DNA of 64,000 bases from Pseudomonadota bacterium (GTDB taxonomy: Bacteria > Pseudomonadota > Alphaproteobacteria > UBA1280 > RI-95): positions 36,954-100,953 of the forward strand of contig WGLU01000003.1 of assembly GCA_016125375.1 (NCBI GenBank), read 5' to 3'. The notes below the pieces were generated by a model that had not been told where the DNA came from, ran no database searches, and saw only the letters and a list, made by a program, of their open reading frames with translations. Shown one piece after another: positions 18,939 to 28,864 of the stretch. A program made the position numbers and the translations under genes. Every line of letters starts with the position of its first letter. The first letter of the stretch is position 1.

Positions 18939-19929
18939 TTCGCCGGATCCGTATCCGCTGCACGGCGCCAGCCCGTTGAATGGCGGTAAAGTGGCCATTC
19001 TCGGCGACGTGATGGTGGACCGTTTTGTATGGGGCAGTGTGGACCGCATCTCCCCGGAGGCACCGGTGCCTGTTGTGCGCGTGACACGCCGCTCTACACA
19101 TCTGGGTGGTGCTGGTAATGTTGCCCATAACGTAGCAACGCTCGGTGCCATGCCGATTCTGATCGGCCGTCTGGGCCAAGATGAAATGGCCAAGGCCTTT
19201 CAGGAACTCGCCTTCCGTCAGAGGGTGGATACATCTCTGATGACCTACTCGGACGTACCGACAACCAGCAAAACCCGCGTGATTGCGCGCACTCAGCAGG
19301 TTGTGCGTTTTGACGAGGAAGATACCAACATCATGACGCCCGCATTGCGTGGTGAGCTGCTCAATAACCTGCGTCAGGCACGTCTTCAGACGGATGTATT
19401 GATTCTGTCCGACTACGGAAAAGGGATTATTGACCAGGAAATGCTGGATACAGCGCGCGAGCTGTGGGCCGATGGAACAATTCTGGCAGACCCTAAACCC
19501 CGCAAAGGGATTGTCTACAAGGGCGTTACGGGCATGACACCCAACCGTAGCGAAGCACGCCTGCTGGCAGATGAAATGCCGACGGATACGGATGCACAGG
19601 TTGAAGCTGCCGCGCGCTACCTGATGGAAACCTACAACATGCAGCACATCCTGATTACGCGCTCGGAGCAGGGCATGAGCCTGTGTCTGCGCAGTGGTCA
19701 GGTTTTCCATATGCCGACCCATGCCGCACAGGTTGTGGACGTGTCGGGTGCCGGAGATACGGTTATGGCCGTATTTGCAACGGCCATCAGCATGGGTATG
19801 CGCCCTGAGCGGGCAGCCTATCTGGCCAATCTGGCCGGCGGGGTTGTGGTAACAAAACTGGGTACCGCCACCGTGACGTGGGAAGAGATTCTGCAAAAAG
19901 ACCAAGATAACAGAGCTGTAGCCGCATGA
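18922..19929 (+). CDS. D-glycero-beta-D-manno-heptose-7-phosphate kinase (RfaE/HldE domain I only)
   Basis: PfkB-family ribokinase fold: 'VAILGDVMVDRFVWGSVDRISPEAPVPVV' and C-terminal 'VDVSGAGDT'. Confidence 0.75.
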   Translation: MPTRFDSPDPYPLHGASPLNGGKVAILGDVMVDRFVWGSVDRISPEAPVPVVRVTRRSTHLGGAGNVAHNVATLGAMPILIGRLGQDEMAKAFQELAFRQRVDTSLMTYSDVPTTSKTRVIARTQQVVRFDEEDTNIMTPALRGELLNNLRQARLQTDVLILSDYGKGIIDQEMLDTARELWADGTILADPKPRKGIVYKGVTGMTPNRSEARLLADEMPTDTDAQVEAAARYLMETYNMQHILITRSEQGMSLCLRSGQVFHMPTHAAQVVDVSGAGDTVMAVFATAISMGMRPERAAYLANLAGGVVVTKLGTATVTWEEILQKDQDNRAVAA

Positions 19930-20660
19930 ACGAAAAAGTACGGGTGATGATACCCTGCCGGATGGCGAGCACCCGCCTTCCGAACAAACCGCTCGCCGAC
20001 ATTGGCGGCAAGCCGATGATTATCCATGTGGCCGAGAAGGCGACAGCTGCCCGCGTTGGGCAGGTCACGGTTGCCTGCGACAGTCAGCAGATTTTCGATG
20101 TTGTTAAAAAGTACGGTTACGACGCTGTCATGACCGATCCGGCGTTGCCAAGCGGCAGTGACCGCATCTGGCAGGGTGTGCAGCGTCTGATGCAAGCAGG
20201 CGAGGAGCGCCCTGATATCATCATCAACGTGCAGGGTGACGAACCCCTGCTGCCGCCGGAACTGGTGCGTGCCTGTCTGCCGCCTTTCTGGCATGACTGG
20301 GTGGATGTTGTTACCTTTGCCCACCCTATCCATGCCGAAGCCGAAAAAATGAACCCCAGCATGGTTAAAGCCGTGACGGACGAAAAACACCGTGCCCTGT
20401 ATTTCTCACGGTCGCCCATCCCTTACGGTGGCGAGGTGCTGAAACGGCACATCGGCATTTATGCATACCGTTATGGTGCCCTCGAGCGCTTCGTGCTGGC
20501 TGAACCCTCGCCGCTGGAGCGTCAGGAAAAACTTGAGCAGCTCCGTGGTTTGGAACTGGGGTTGAACTACTACGTGGGCATGACCGATGCCGCGCCGATT
20601 GGCGTAGACACACCGGAAGATCTGGAGCGGGTCCGCAAAATGGTTATTGCCGCCTCCTGA
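19926..20660 (+). CDS. kdsB: 3-deoxy-manno-octulosonate cytidylyltransferase (CMP-Kdo synthetase)
   Basis: 'MIPCRMASTRLPNKPLADIGGKPMI' KdsB N-terminus. ATGA overlap with the upstream kinase. Confidence 0.85.
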   Translation: MNEKVRVMIPCRMASTRLPNKPLADIGGKPMIIHVAEKATAARVGQVTVACDSQQIFDVVKKYGYDAVMTDPALPSGSDRIWQGVQRLMQAGEERPDIIINVQGDEPLLPPELVRACLPPFWHDWVDVVTFAHPIHAEAEKMNPSMVKAVTDEKHRALYFSRSPIPYGGEVLKRHIGIYAYRYGALERFVLAEPSPLERQEKLEQLRGLELGLNYYVGMTDAAPIGVDTPEDLERVRKMVIAAS

Positions 20661-20669
20661 AAATGAAAA

Positions 20670-20700
20670 AGGAAAGGGCGCCCGCGGGCGCCCTTCCTCT
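20670..20700. terminator. bidirectional terminator (kdsB / convergent small gene)
   Basis: aggaagggcgcc-cgc-gggcgcccttcct palindrome flanked by an A-run and a T-run. Confidence 0.6.
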
Positions 20701-20723
20701 TTTGCTGGCTAAACAAAACGTGT

Positions 20724-21176
20724 CTACATGAACATCTTCAATGCATCGGCGTAGGCGATGGCGTAGTTGGTGTTCAGGGCAACGGCGAGAGCAAGGTAGT
20801 CGCTCATATCGTTGCTGATAAGGCCGTCAGCACGGGCCTCTGCATATTCCTGAATGGCCAGATACATGCCCAGTGTAAAGTTGACGGCACAAATCTGCTC
20901 AAGGGAGTTATAGGCCTCTTTATCGAAAAGGGTGTTCTTCTTGTCCAGCATGTCGCAGACCGGGACGATGTTCTCATCAAAGGTGTGGTATTCGTCCTTA
21001 AACTCGCGGGCGACCTCACAGACCTTCGGATAGATAATCTTCGCCTGCGCCAGCCGTAAGCTGTAAGGCGGCAGGTCTTCGTCGTTCTCAACAATTTCTG
21101 CGCGTGCGGGCAAGGCATTCATCAGGGCGGCAAGGCCGATTACGGCGCTGAAAATAAAATGTGTCAGTTTTGTCAT
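20724..21176 (-). CDS. small exported hypothetical protein (about 150 aa)
   Basis: Start taken at 'MTKLTHFIFSAVIGLAALMNALPARA', which is signal-peptide-like. No homology recognised. Confidence 0.4.
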   Translation of the reverse strand: MTKLTHFIFSAVIGLAALMNALPARAEIVENDEDLPPYSLRLAQAKIIYPKVCEVAREFKDEYHTFDENIVPVCDMLDKKNTLFDKEAYNSLEQICAVNFTLGMYLAIQEYAEARADGLISNDMSDYLALAVALNTNYAIAYADALKMFM

Positions 21177-21287
21177 GTCGAGTTTCCTTACCTTTTGAGG
21201 AACCGCCCTCAACCTTTTATAGGGGGTGGACGCAAGGACGGGTGGGGCAAGGAGCTGATTCTGGGCGTGGTTTTGTGTAAAATACAA

Positions 21288-21318
21288 ATAAAAACAGGCA
21301 CCTACGAGGGTGCCTGCA
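21288..21318 (-). terminator. rho-independent terminator downstream of phaR
   Basis: caggcacc-ctcgta-ggtgcctg followed by T5 on the minus strand. Confidence 0.65.
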
Positions 21319-21350
21319 TATATTTGGAAAACTGACAGTCTAAGGGGGGG

Positions 21351-21911
21351 TTACCCCTTTTTGCGTAGTTTCTCGATTTCAGCATTCAGGGTTTCCACCT
21401 GACGGGTGAGGGCGTCAATCTTGGCTTCCTTGTCGCCATCGCCTTGCGGAATGAACGGGTTGAACATGCCAAACGACTTGCGCAGCATGTCCATATTGCG
21501 GCGTTGCATCTCTTCCAGCGAACCGCCCATAGCGGCAAACGGGTTGAAGCTGCCGAACACCTTTTCCATGTTGTCGCGCATGTTTTCCTGATTCTTGGTG
21601 AACACGTCCATGGTCATTTCCAGATAGTGAGGCACGACCGACTGGAGGGAGTTGTCGTAAAAACGGATGAGCTGACGCAGGAAGTTGATGGGCAACAGGG
21701 CAGCGCCTTTGCTTTCCTCGTCAAAAATAATCTGGGTGAGGACCTGATGGGTAATATCCTTGGCAGTTTTGGCATCCACCACTTCAAACTCCTGACCGTC
21801 TTTAACCATCTGGGCCAGATCATCGAGCGTCACGTACATGCTTGTCTGTGTGTTGTACAGACGGCGGTTGGCGTACTTCTTGATGATGACAATGTTCTCA
21901 GAGCCGCTCAC
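21351..21911 (-). CDS. phaR: polyhydroxyalkanoate synthesis repressor PhaR
   Basis: 'IIKKYANRRLYNTQTSMYVTLDDLAQMV' is the canonical PhaR DNA-binding N-terminus. Confidence 0.85.
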   Translation of the reverse strand: MSGSENIVIIKKYANRRLYNTQTSMYVTLDDLAQMVKDGQEFEVVDAKTAKDITHQVLTQIIFDEESKGAALLPINFLRQLIRFYDNSLQSVVPHYLEMTMDVFTKNQENMRDNMEKVFGSFNPFAAMGGSLEEMQRRNMDMLRKSFGMFNPFIPQGDGDKEAKIDALTRQVETLNAEIEKLRKKG

Positions 21912-21992
21912 AGGCGCATCCTTTCAGCTTGAGTGGTGAGTTATTCTGCAAGATTAAGGTAGTCTTAACGCCGCGGAAGCGCAAACACTTTC

Positions 21993-23189
21993 TTGACTCC
22001 GTACGCCCGGGTGATATGGTGCCATGCTATGGAAAAAACGCCGCAAGCCCAAGATGTTACCCTGCCGCCGGAGGTGCATGCACTGCGCCAGGCCGCACCG
22101 CGTCCATTGGGCCTTTATATGATGCTGCTTAAAGGGGCCGAAGCGGCGGCTCTGGCGCTTGCACCGGATGACAAAGCCCGCTTAGCAACATCCACCGAGG
22201 CAACGCAGGATATTGCCCGCTTTCTGGAGGGCGTTCAGCGCTACCGAAGTTACCCCTTTTCACGGGCGGCAACGCCCTACACCCTGCTTGCACACTATGG
22301 CCGCTGCGCCCTGCATCACTGCGGCGGTTCTGGTAAGCCTGTTTTTCTGGTGCCTTCCATGGTCAACAAGGCCTACGTGCTGGACCTGCTGCCGGAGGCC
22401 AGCCTTGTCCGCAGCCTGATTGCCGCCGGCCACAGTGTTTACATGCTCGACTGGAACACCCCTGATGGACGGGATGTTCTGTCTTTTGATACTGCGGTGA
22501 CAGATATACTGGTGCCCGCCGTGGGTGCAGCCTGCGCCCACGCCAAACATGCCGATTGCGTTGTGCTGGGCTATTGTATGGGCGGACTGCTGGCGCTGGC
22601 GCTGGCAACCCATGCACCCAAACGTGTGCGTGCACTGGTAGCTGCTGCCACACCGTGGGATTTTTCCGGATCCGTGTTCGGTGCGCTGGTCAAAATGGGC
22701 TACCCTTTTTACGATTTGATGTTGCAAGCGGCACCGCTCGTCCCTGTTGATATGCTGCAAAGCGCGTTTATGCTGTTGGATCCTTTGGGACCCGTAGGCA
22801 GGTTGCAGGCTTTTGCGGCCGAAAGGGATGCTGGCCAGCTGCGCCGGATGGCAGCGATGGAAGACTGGCTGGCCGATGGTATTCCGTTGGAATCCCCCAT
22901 TGCCCGTACCTGCCTGTTCGATTGGTACAAGGACAATAAACCTCTGCATGGGACCTGGCAAGTTGCCGGCAAAACGGTGGATGCGACAGCGATAGATGTG
23001 CCGGTGCTGGTTGCGGTACCCCAACGGGATATTGTTGTTCCCGCACAGTCTGCACGGGCGCTGGCTGGTGTATTGCCACAGGCGACCGTATTGGATGTAC
23101 CAACAGGTCATATCGGCATGATGGTCGGCCGTAAGGCACAAACAGGGTTTTTTGACCCGTTATCCAACTGGCTTGCACGTCTGCCATAA
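21993..23189 (+). CDS. phaC: short (about 398 aa) PHA-synthase-like alpha/beta hydrolase (class III/IV PhaC-like)
   Basis: Lipase box with Cys, 'LGYCMGGLLA' (G-x-C-x-G-G). C-terminal 'TGHIGMMVG' resembles the PhaC catalytic His region. Divergent from phaR. Confidence 0.55.
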   Translation: MTPYARVIWCHAMEKTPQAQDVTLPPEVHALRQAAPRPLGLYMMLLKGAEAAALALAPDDKARLATSTEATQDIARFLEGVQRYRSYPFSRAATPYTLLAHYGRCALHHCGGSGKPVFLVPSMVNKAYVLDLLPEASLVRSLIAAGHSVYMLDWNTPDGRDVLSFDTAVTDILVPAVGAACAHAKHADCVVLGYCMGGLLALALATHAPKRVRALVAAATPWDFSGSVFGALVKMGYPFYDLMLQAAPLVPVDMLQSAFMLLDPLGPVGRLQAFAAERDAGQLRRMAAMEDWLADGIPLESPIARTCLFDWYKDNKPLHGTWQVAGKTVDATAIDVPVLVAVPQRDIVVPAQSARALAGVLPQATVLDVPTGHIGMMVGRKAQTGFFDPLSNWLARLP

Positions 23190-23307
23190 GCTGCTGTGGC
23201 CTATGACAGGTGATGTGCGGCTTGGGAAAAGCCGTTGACTTTTGCACCTGCGAAGAGGATGTTTATAGGGCTTGCCGATTTCCTCATTTCATAAGGAGTA
23301 TGATCTT

Positions 23308-24486
23308 ATGGCTCTTCCCCGCATTGCTATTGTATCCGCCGTCCGCACCCCCATCGGGTCGTTTTTGGGCGCCCTGAAAGACCAGAGTGCCGCACAGCTT
23401 GGTGCGGTTGTGATTGCCGAAGCACTGAAACGTGCCAAGGTGAAAGGTCAGGATGTGTCTGACGTGATTATGGGTCAGGTGCTGACCGCTGCGGTGGGGC
23501 AAAACCCTGCCCGTCAGGCGGCAATGGCTGCCGGTGTGCCGGAAACCGTACCGGCCATGACCATCAATTACGTTTGCGGGTCGGGTCTGCGGGCTTTGAT
23601 TCTGGGTATGCAGGCCATCCAGAGCGGTGATGCGGAAATCGTTGTCGCTGGCGGGCAGGAAAGCATGTCCCGCGCGCCCCATGCGGTCCCGATGCGTGAC
23701 GGTCTTAAAATGGGTGACGGCAAAATGGTCGACACCATGGTGTTTGACGGCCTGACCGATATTTTCAACAACTACCATATGGGCATCACGGCCGAGAACG
23801 TTGCGGAAAAGTTCCAGATTACCCGCGAACAACAGGATGCTTTCTCTCTACGTTCACAGGAAAAAGCGGCCGCAGCCATTGCTGCCGGTAAGTTCGCCGA
23901 TGAAATTGTTCCAGTTACCATTCCGCAGCGTAAGGGTGATCCTGTTGTGTTTGCGCAGGATGAATATCCTCGCGCAACAAGTCAGGACAAGCTTGCTGCA
24001 CTCAAGCCAGCCTTCAAGGCCGATGGGACAGTAACCGCGGGTAATGCTTCGGGCATCAACGACGGCGCTGCCGCTGTGGTGCTGATGAGCGAGGCAGAAG
24101 CCAAAAAACGCGGTCTGGAGCCTTTGGCCTATATCGTAGCCAGCGGACTTGCCGGTGTTGATCCGGCGCTGATGGGCATTGGGCCGGTTCCTGCAAGCCG
24201 TAAGGCGCTTGAGAAAGCTGGCTGGAGCGTGGCCGACTTGGACCTGGTTGAGGCGAACGAAGCGTTTGCGTCGCAGTCTGTCGCTGTTGGCCGCGAACTG
24301 GGTATCGACGATGCCAAACTGAACGTCAACGGCGGCGCAATTGCGCTCGGTCACCCTATCGGTGCCAGCGGTTGCCGTGTGCTGGTGACCTTGGTGCATG
24401 AGCTGAAGCGTCGTAATGCCAAGCGTGGCCTTGCCACGCTGTGTATCGGCGGCGGTATGGGTGTTGCATTGGCGGTTGAACGCTAA
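23308..24486 (+). CDS. phaA: acetyl-CoA C-acetyltransferase (beta-ketothiolase)
   Basis: RBS AAGGAG then '[21 protein letters not shown]', '[10 protein letters not shown]' and C-terminal 'CIGGGMGVA' thiolase signatures. Confidence 0.9.
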   Translation: MALPRIAIVSAVRTPIGSFLGALKDQSAAQLGAVVIAEALKRAKVKGQDVSDVIMGQVLTAAVGQNPARQAAMAAGVPETVPAMTINYVCGSGLRALILGMQAIQSGDAEIVVAGGQESMSRAPHAVPMRDGLKMGDGKMVDTMVFDGLTDIFNNYHMGITAENVAEKFQITREQQDAFSLRSQEKAAAAIAAGKFADEIVPVTIPQRKGDPVVFAQDEYPRATSQDKLAALKPAFKADGTVTAGNASGINDGAAAVVLMSEAEAKKRGLEPLAYIVASGLAGVDPALMGIGPVPASRKALEKAGWSVADLDLVEANEAFASQSVAVGRELGIDDAKLNVNGGAIALGHPIGASGCRVLVTLVHELKRRNAKRGLATLCIGGGMGVALAVER

Positions 24487-24503
24487 GACTGGGAATGTTC
24501 TTG

Positions 24504-24533
24504 AAAAAACCGCCCTTCGGGGCGGTTTTTTTG
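24504..24533. terminator. bidirectional terminator after phaA
   Basis: A6-ccgccc-ttcg-gggcgg-T7. Confidence 0.75.
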
Positions 24534-24857
24534 CTACAGGCGTTTGTCCTGATCTTCGGTGGATGTGAGGCTTTTCAGCTTTTCCCACATGGCGGCACGG
24601 AGCTTGTCGCTGTAAGGTTTGAGGTGGGGTTCCACGTACAATTTGAACGGCCCGGGCGGCACGGGAAGGCCAGTGCGTTTGGCCAACTCGCGGGGCAGGT
24701 AGTAATAGCAGATATAGAGCGTGTACAAAAAGCCGCTGAAAGGTAGCAGAACGTTCAGCAGGAGCAGGCGGACAAAACCATTGAGCTGAAAACTCATTGC
24801 CAGGTATACCGTTGCAATACAAGACCCGACCCATAACAGCATAAACAGAAAACTCAT
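24534..24857 (-). CDS. small two-TM membrane protein, hypothetical
   Basis: Two hydrophobic helices followed by a charged C-terminal tail. 107 aa. Confidence 0.4.
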   Translation of the reverse strand: MSFLFMLLWVGSCIATVYLAMSFQLNGFVRLLLLNVLLPFSGFLYTLYICYYYLPRELAKRTGLPVPPGPFKLYVEPHLKPYSDKLRAAMWEKLKSLTSTEDQDKRL

Positions 24858-24937
24858 AGCCGCATTATCCCTGGCTGTTGTTTTTCACTATCTTACACAT
24901 GTGGCGGTGGCTTTGGCCAGTTTCCAGCGTAAGGTGG

Positions 24938-25654
24938 CTAAAAACTGTCTTTCTTCCGTCTTAGCTCGGCAAAAGTGTCAGTTGTTTTGGCGAGCAGGAA
25001 AACATTGGTCTTCTTTTCTACGCCAAGCGTGGAGGGCACTGTTGGCTTGCCTTGTTCACGCAGTCGGCTTACGTTCCCGGCACGTTCGGCAATGGCCGGG
25101 TTATCCGGCGCAATGTGGCAGGCAAAGGCCATATTGGCCTGTGTATACTCGTGGGCGCAAAAAATGCGGGTATCATCCGGCAGGGCGGCCAGTTTTTGCA
25201 GGCTGGCAAACATTTGCTCCGGCGTTCCTTCGAACAGTCGGCCACAGCCGCCTGCAAACAGCGTATCACCGCAAAAAAGCGCGCTGTCTTTTGCAAAATA
25301 ATAGGCGATATGGCCGCGTGTATGGCCGGGTACAAAAAGCACGGTAGCTGCGCAATGACCAACATGCACCGTATCACCCTCGGCGACCTGCTGCCGGATG
25401 CAAGGTATCCGGGCCGCATCTACCGCTGCGCCAATAACTGTGCAGCCGTACTGGTCAACCAACGCGGCATTACCGCCCACATGGTCGTTGTGGTGGTGGG
25501 TGTTGAGAATCATATCAAGTTTTGTCGCGCCCAAGGCCGCCATAACTGGTTGGGCCTGCGCCGGATCTACAACGGCAGTTGTACCTGTTTCCGTACAGCG
25601 GAGCAGATAGATGTAATTATCCGTCAAAACAGGGAGTTGCTGGATGTCGAGCAT
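24938..25654 (-). CDS. gloB: hydroxyacylglutathione hydrolase (glyoxalase II)
   Basis: 'MLDIQQLPVLTDNYIYLL...NTHHHNDHVGGN' metallo-beta-lactamase HxHxDH motif. Confidence 0.85.
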   Translation of the reverse strand: MLDIQQLPVLTDNYIYLLRCTETGTTAVVDPAQAQPVMAALGATKLDMILNTHHHNDHVGGNAALVDQYGCTVIGAAVDAARIPCIRQQVAEGDTVHVGHCAATVLFVPGHTRGHIAYYFAKDSALFCGDTLFAGGCGRLFEGTPEQMFASLQKLAALPDDTRIFCAHEYTQANMAFACHIAPDNPAIAERAGNVSRLREQGKPTVPSTLGVEKKTNVFLLAKTTDTFAELRRKKDSF

Positions 25655-25729
25655 GGGGTTCGCCTTTTTTCTCCTTGGCGGGTATGATAGCCTCTGCATA
25701 CCTGCTGAACAAGGAAAGGCCGTTTAAGC

Positions 25730-26455
25730 GTGTGGGTTGATGTTCTCCGCCTGCGTGACTGGTACCGCACCCGGACGGGCTGCGTGGCCGCGGGTATTGT
25801 GAACGATTATCTGCACAAGCTGTGGCCGCCGTTGCATGGGCGGCGGGTTCTTTCTCTCGGGTTTGGATTGCCGTATCTGGAAGGATATCAGGACGATCCG
25901 TTTATTTTTGCTGCCATGCCCGCCCAGATGGGCGTGCTCCAATGGCCAGCCAACCACGAGAGCAGAACCCTGATGACGTGGGAGGCTGAGCTGCCTTTTG
26001 CCGATGACTCTTTTGACTATGTTCTGCTGACCCATGCACTGGAGTTCAGTGGTGATCCGGACAGGTTGCTAGCGGAGCTTTTCCGGGTTTTGCGGGCGGA
26101 TGGCCGTTTGCTGATCGTTGTGCCCAACCGGTTGGGTGTCTGGTCACGCCGTGAGATTACCCCTTTTGCCCGTGGGCGGCCCTACAGCAGTATCGAGCTG
26201 AACCGGCTGTTCCGGCGGAATAACTTTATGGTCACACAATCCGTGTATGGGTTGTTTGTGCCACCAACACGCCGCCGCTGGGTGCTTAAACACGCCAAGA
26301 CGTTCGAGAAGATAGGCCAGCGCTGGCACCCGCCGGTGGGCGGCCTGTTGCTGGTGGAAGGGCGCAAGGAGGTTTATGGCGGTAAGGTGGTACGTGTGAA
26401 ATCCGGCTACCGCCGCAACATGATGCCCATTCCGGCGACGGAGGGTGGGTTTTGA
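25730..26455 (+). CDS. class I SAM-dependent methyltransferase (Methyltransf_11-like)
   Basis: Divergent from gloB, as in many alphaproteobacteria. 'RVLSLGFGLPYL' glycine-rich region. Confidence 0.5.
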   Translation: MWVDVLRLRDWYRTRTGCVAAGIVNDYLHKLWPPLHGRRVLSLGFGLPYLEGYQDDPFIFAAMPAQMGVLQWPANHESRTLMTWEAELPFADDSFDYVLLTHALEFSGDPDRLLAELFRVLRADGRLLIVVPNRLGVWSRREITPFARGRPYSSIELNRLFRRNNFMVTQSVYGLFVPPTRRRWVLKHAKTFEKIGQRWHPPVGGLLLVEGRKEVYGGKVVRVKSGYRRNMMPIPATEGGF

Positions 26456-27099
26456 AAAAGCTTCTGCTCTTGCTGGTGTTGTTTTGGGCCGTGCCTGCCG
26501 GTGCCCAGACCCGTATGGACGAGATGCGCCAGTACCTCAGCCAGATGGCGGAGGCCGCCCCCAATGACGATGCCCGCACCGTTTATACGGCAGCACTGAG
26601 TGCATTGGAGCATGGCCAGTTGGAGCACCCTGCTTTTGTTGCAGCCCTGAACGAGTTGAAACGCCAGAACAGTATCAAGCGTGTGCTGATGGATGTGGAG
26701 TCCATCACGGCTGCGTACAGTCTTTTTTCGCTGGAAACAGGCAAAGACACTCAGAATATCAATGACCTGAGCAAGAACCCCGGACTGGAGGGCTGGCACG
26801 GCCCCTATGTGGAACAGCAGCCGCCGCTGGGGGGCGAGTTCGGGCTGTATGATGTATTTTTTGCGCCGTTTGTTCCGGAAGGCCTGCCCCAACCCGGTAC
26901 CTGCACCAAGAGCACACCGGCCGTGCCATGCCTGATTTGGTTGCGGATGACCGACCTGCCGGACTGGGTAACGGAAGAGGTGGAAGTGACATTGGACACC
27001 CGCGCCGGTGTAAGTGGAACAAACGGCGTGTGGCGTTACGGCCCGGTACGCAGTGGCGTGCAGGATGCCTACTACACACTGGCAGAGGTTCTGCCATGA
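26452..27099 (+). CDS. Sec-secreted protein with a type II secretion pseudopilin (GspG)-like C-terminal motif
   Basis: Signal peptide 'MKKLLLLLVLFWAVPAGAQ'. 'NPGLEGWHGPYVEQ' resembles the GspG 'GWKGPYL' box. No prepilin N-terminus. Confidence 0.4.
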   Translation: MKKLLLLLVLFWAVPAGAQTRMDEMRQYLSQMAEAAPNDDARTVYTAALSALEHGQLEHPAFVAALNELKRQNSIKRVLMDVESITAAYSLFSLETGKDTQNINDLSKNPGLEGWHGPYVEQQPPLGGEFGLYDVFFAPFVPEGLPQPGTCTKSTPAVPCLIWLRMTDLPDWVTEEVEVTLDTRAGVSGTNGVWRYGPVRSGVQDAYYTLAEVLP

Positions 27100-27629
27100 C
27101 CATTCTGGTAACAGGTTTCGGCCCTTTTGGCGAGGTGGCGGATAATCCATCGGCCCGTTTGGTCCGGGCACTTGCCAGTGATGTGGATGTGTACGCCCGC
27201 GTGCTGGATACCAGCTATAACCGTGCTGCCCGCCGGTTGTGTAACCTGATGGACGAGGTTAAGCCCTCCGTTGTGCTGTCTTTCGGTGTGGGGCGCAGCA
27301 GGCAGGTGATGGAGCTGGAGCGGACGGCGTGTAACCGCAATAGCTGTCAGATTGCGGATGTGGATGGCGACCTGCGTCTGGACCAGCCGATTGCGCCGGG
27401 CTTTGAAGATTTACAGACGGTGTTTGATGTGGATGCCCTTGCGGCCTCCGTCGGGTGCGGCACGTCGGACGATGCGGGCGGCTATGTGTGCAACCACCTG
27501 TATTTCGAGGGGCTGCGCCACCTGCTGGATACGCCTCAGGCCGGACGCATGCTGTTTGCCCATATCCCGCCGGAAGGCGACTGCCTGCCACAGGCACGCG
27601 CGCTGCTGGCGTTGTTGCGCGGCGTTTAA
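27096..27629 (+). CDS. pcp: pyroglutamyl-peptidase I (pyrrolidone-carboxylate peptidase)
   Basis: 'MTILVTGFGPFG', catalytic Cys in 'GGYVCNHLYF', His in 'FAHIP'. ATGA overlap with the upstream gene. Confidence 0.75.
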   Translation: MTILVTGFGPFGEVADNPSARLVRALASDVDVYARVLDTSYNRAARRLCNLMDEVKPSVVLSFGVGRSRQVMELERTACNRNSCQIADVDGDLRLDQPIAPGFEDLQTVFDVDALAASVGCGTSDDAGGYVCNHLYFEGLRHLLDTPQAGRMLFAHIPPEGDCLPQARALLALLRGV

Positions 27630-28793
27630 TCAGACAGGTTTATCGTTGCTGGCCGCAAGCCGGGTGAGGGGGGTGTCGGCCTGAGCTTCCCCTTCGTGGT
27701 GTTGCAGTTCGTCGATTTTATCCAGTTGCCGTTCCAGCATACGGGTACGGGTGGTCGCGAGGGTCTGGAACTCCTTCTGGGCGCTGTCCAGACGCTGGCC
27801 GACTTTATCCATCACTTCGGTGAACTTGCCCCATTGGCTGCGAAAATCGCCCAAGACACGTAAAATCTCGCCTGCCGTGCGTTCCAAGCGGAAGTTATCC
27901 ATCGCCTGACGGATAACAGCCAACACCGCGTACAGGGTGATGGGCGAGCAGAGGATGACCTTGTTCTTGAGAGCTTCATCCAGCAGGTTGGGGTCCATTT
28001 CGTGCAGGAAGGCGTAGACCTGCTCGTTGGGGATGAACAGCAGGACATAATCGAGGGTGGTGTCGCCCGCCGCGTCGATATAACCCCGTTTGGTGAGCTC
28101 CTTGACGCGGTCGCGGGCGTCGCGCAGGAACTGCTCCTTATGGGCCTGACGCTCCATGTCGCTGCCGGCCTCCAGATAGCGCAGGTAGCTGTCGAACGGG
28201 AACTTGACGTCCATGTTCACCATCTGGCCATGGGGCAGGTTAAAGGTGTAGTCGGGGCGGCCACCGGCATTTTCCAGCGTTTTTTGCTTATGGTAGTTGA
28301 TGCCTTCAATAAAACCGGCCATGCGCAGCACATCCTCGGCCATGCGCTCGCCCCACTGGCCGCGGGCTTTGGTATTGGCCAGCGCCGCGCGCAGGTGGTT
28401 GGCGGTTTCCTGCAATTTATCGGTTTGCTGGGCCGCGCGTTTGAGCTCGTCACTGAGCTGGCCGAACTTCTGATGGCGGTCTTTTTCCAGTGTGTTCATC
28501 ATGGTCTGGACCTTGTCCAGCTCGGCCTTCATGGCGACCAGCGTACCGTCGATGAGCTGTTTTTTGCCGTCGAGGTCTTTTTCACCCGTCTGGGTTTGTT
28601 TGCTCAGGGTTTCGTTCGCCAGGTGGAGGAACTGCTCGGTGTTCTGGCGCAGCACGTCGGCGCTGAGACGCGCAAAGGCATCCTGCATGGTGCTCAGCGC
28701 ACGCTGGCGCCAAAAAGCGTAACCAAAGCCGGTGGCGAGGCCCAGAACAAGACCGGCGACGAACAACAGGGCGGGGAACATTTCCACGGGCAA
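27630..28793 (-). CDS. rmuC: DNA recombination protein RmuC
   Basis: N-terminal TM, long coiled coil, and C-terminal RmuC domain 'GDTTLDYVLLFIPNEQVYAF'. Confidence 0.75.
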   Translation of the reverse strand: MPVEMFPALLFVAGLVLGLATGFGYAFWRQRALSTMQDAFARLSADVLRQNTEQFLHLANETLSKQTQTGEKDLDGKKQLIDGTLVAMKAELDKVQTMMNTLEKDRHQKFGQLSDELKRAAQQTDKLQETANHLRAALANTKARGQWGERMAEDVLRMAGFIEGINYHKQKTLENAGGRPDYTFNLPHGQMVNMDVKFPFDSYLRYLEAGSDMERQAHKEQFLRDARDRVKELTKRGYIDAAGDTTLDYVLLFIPNEQVYAFLHEMDPNLLDEALKNKVILCSPITLYAVLAVIRQAMDNFRLERTAGEILRVLGDFRSQWGKFTEVMDKVGQRLDSAQKEFQTLATTRTRMLERQLDKIDELQHHEGEAQADTPLTRLAASNDKPV

Positions 28794-28864
28794 ACTCCTT
28801 TTTCATCCCTGACTATACCGCAAAAAAGAACGGCCTGCCATGAAAGGCAGGCCGTGAACGCACG

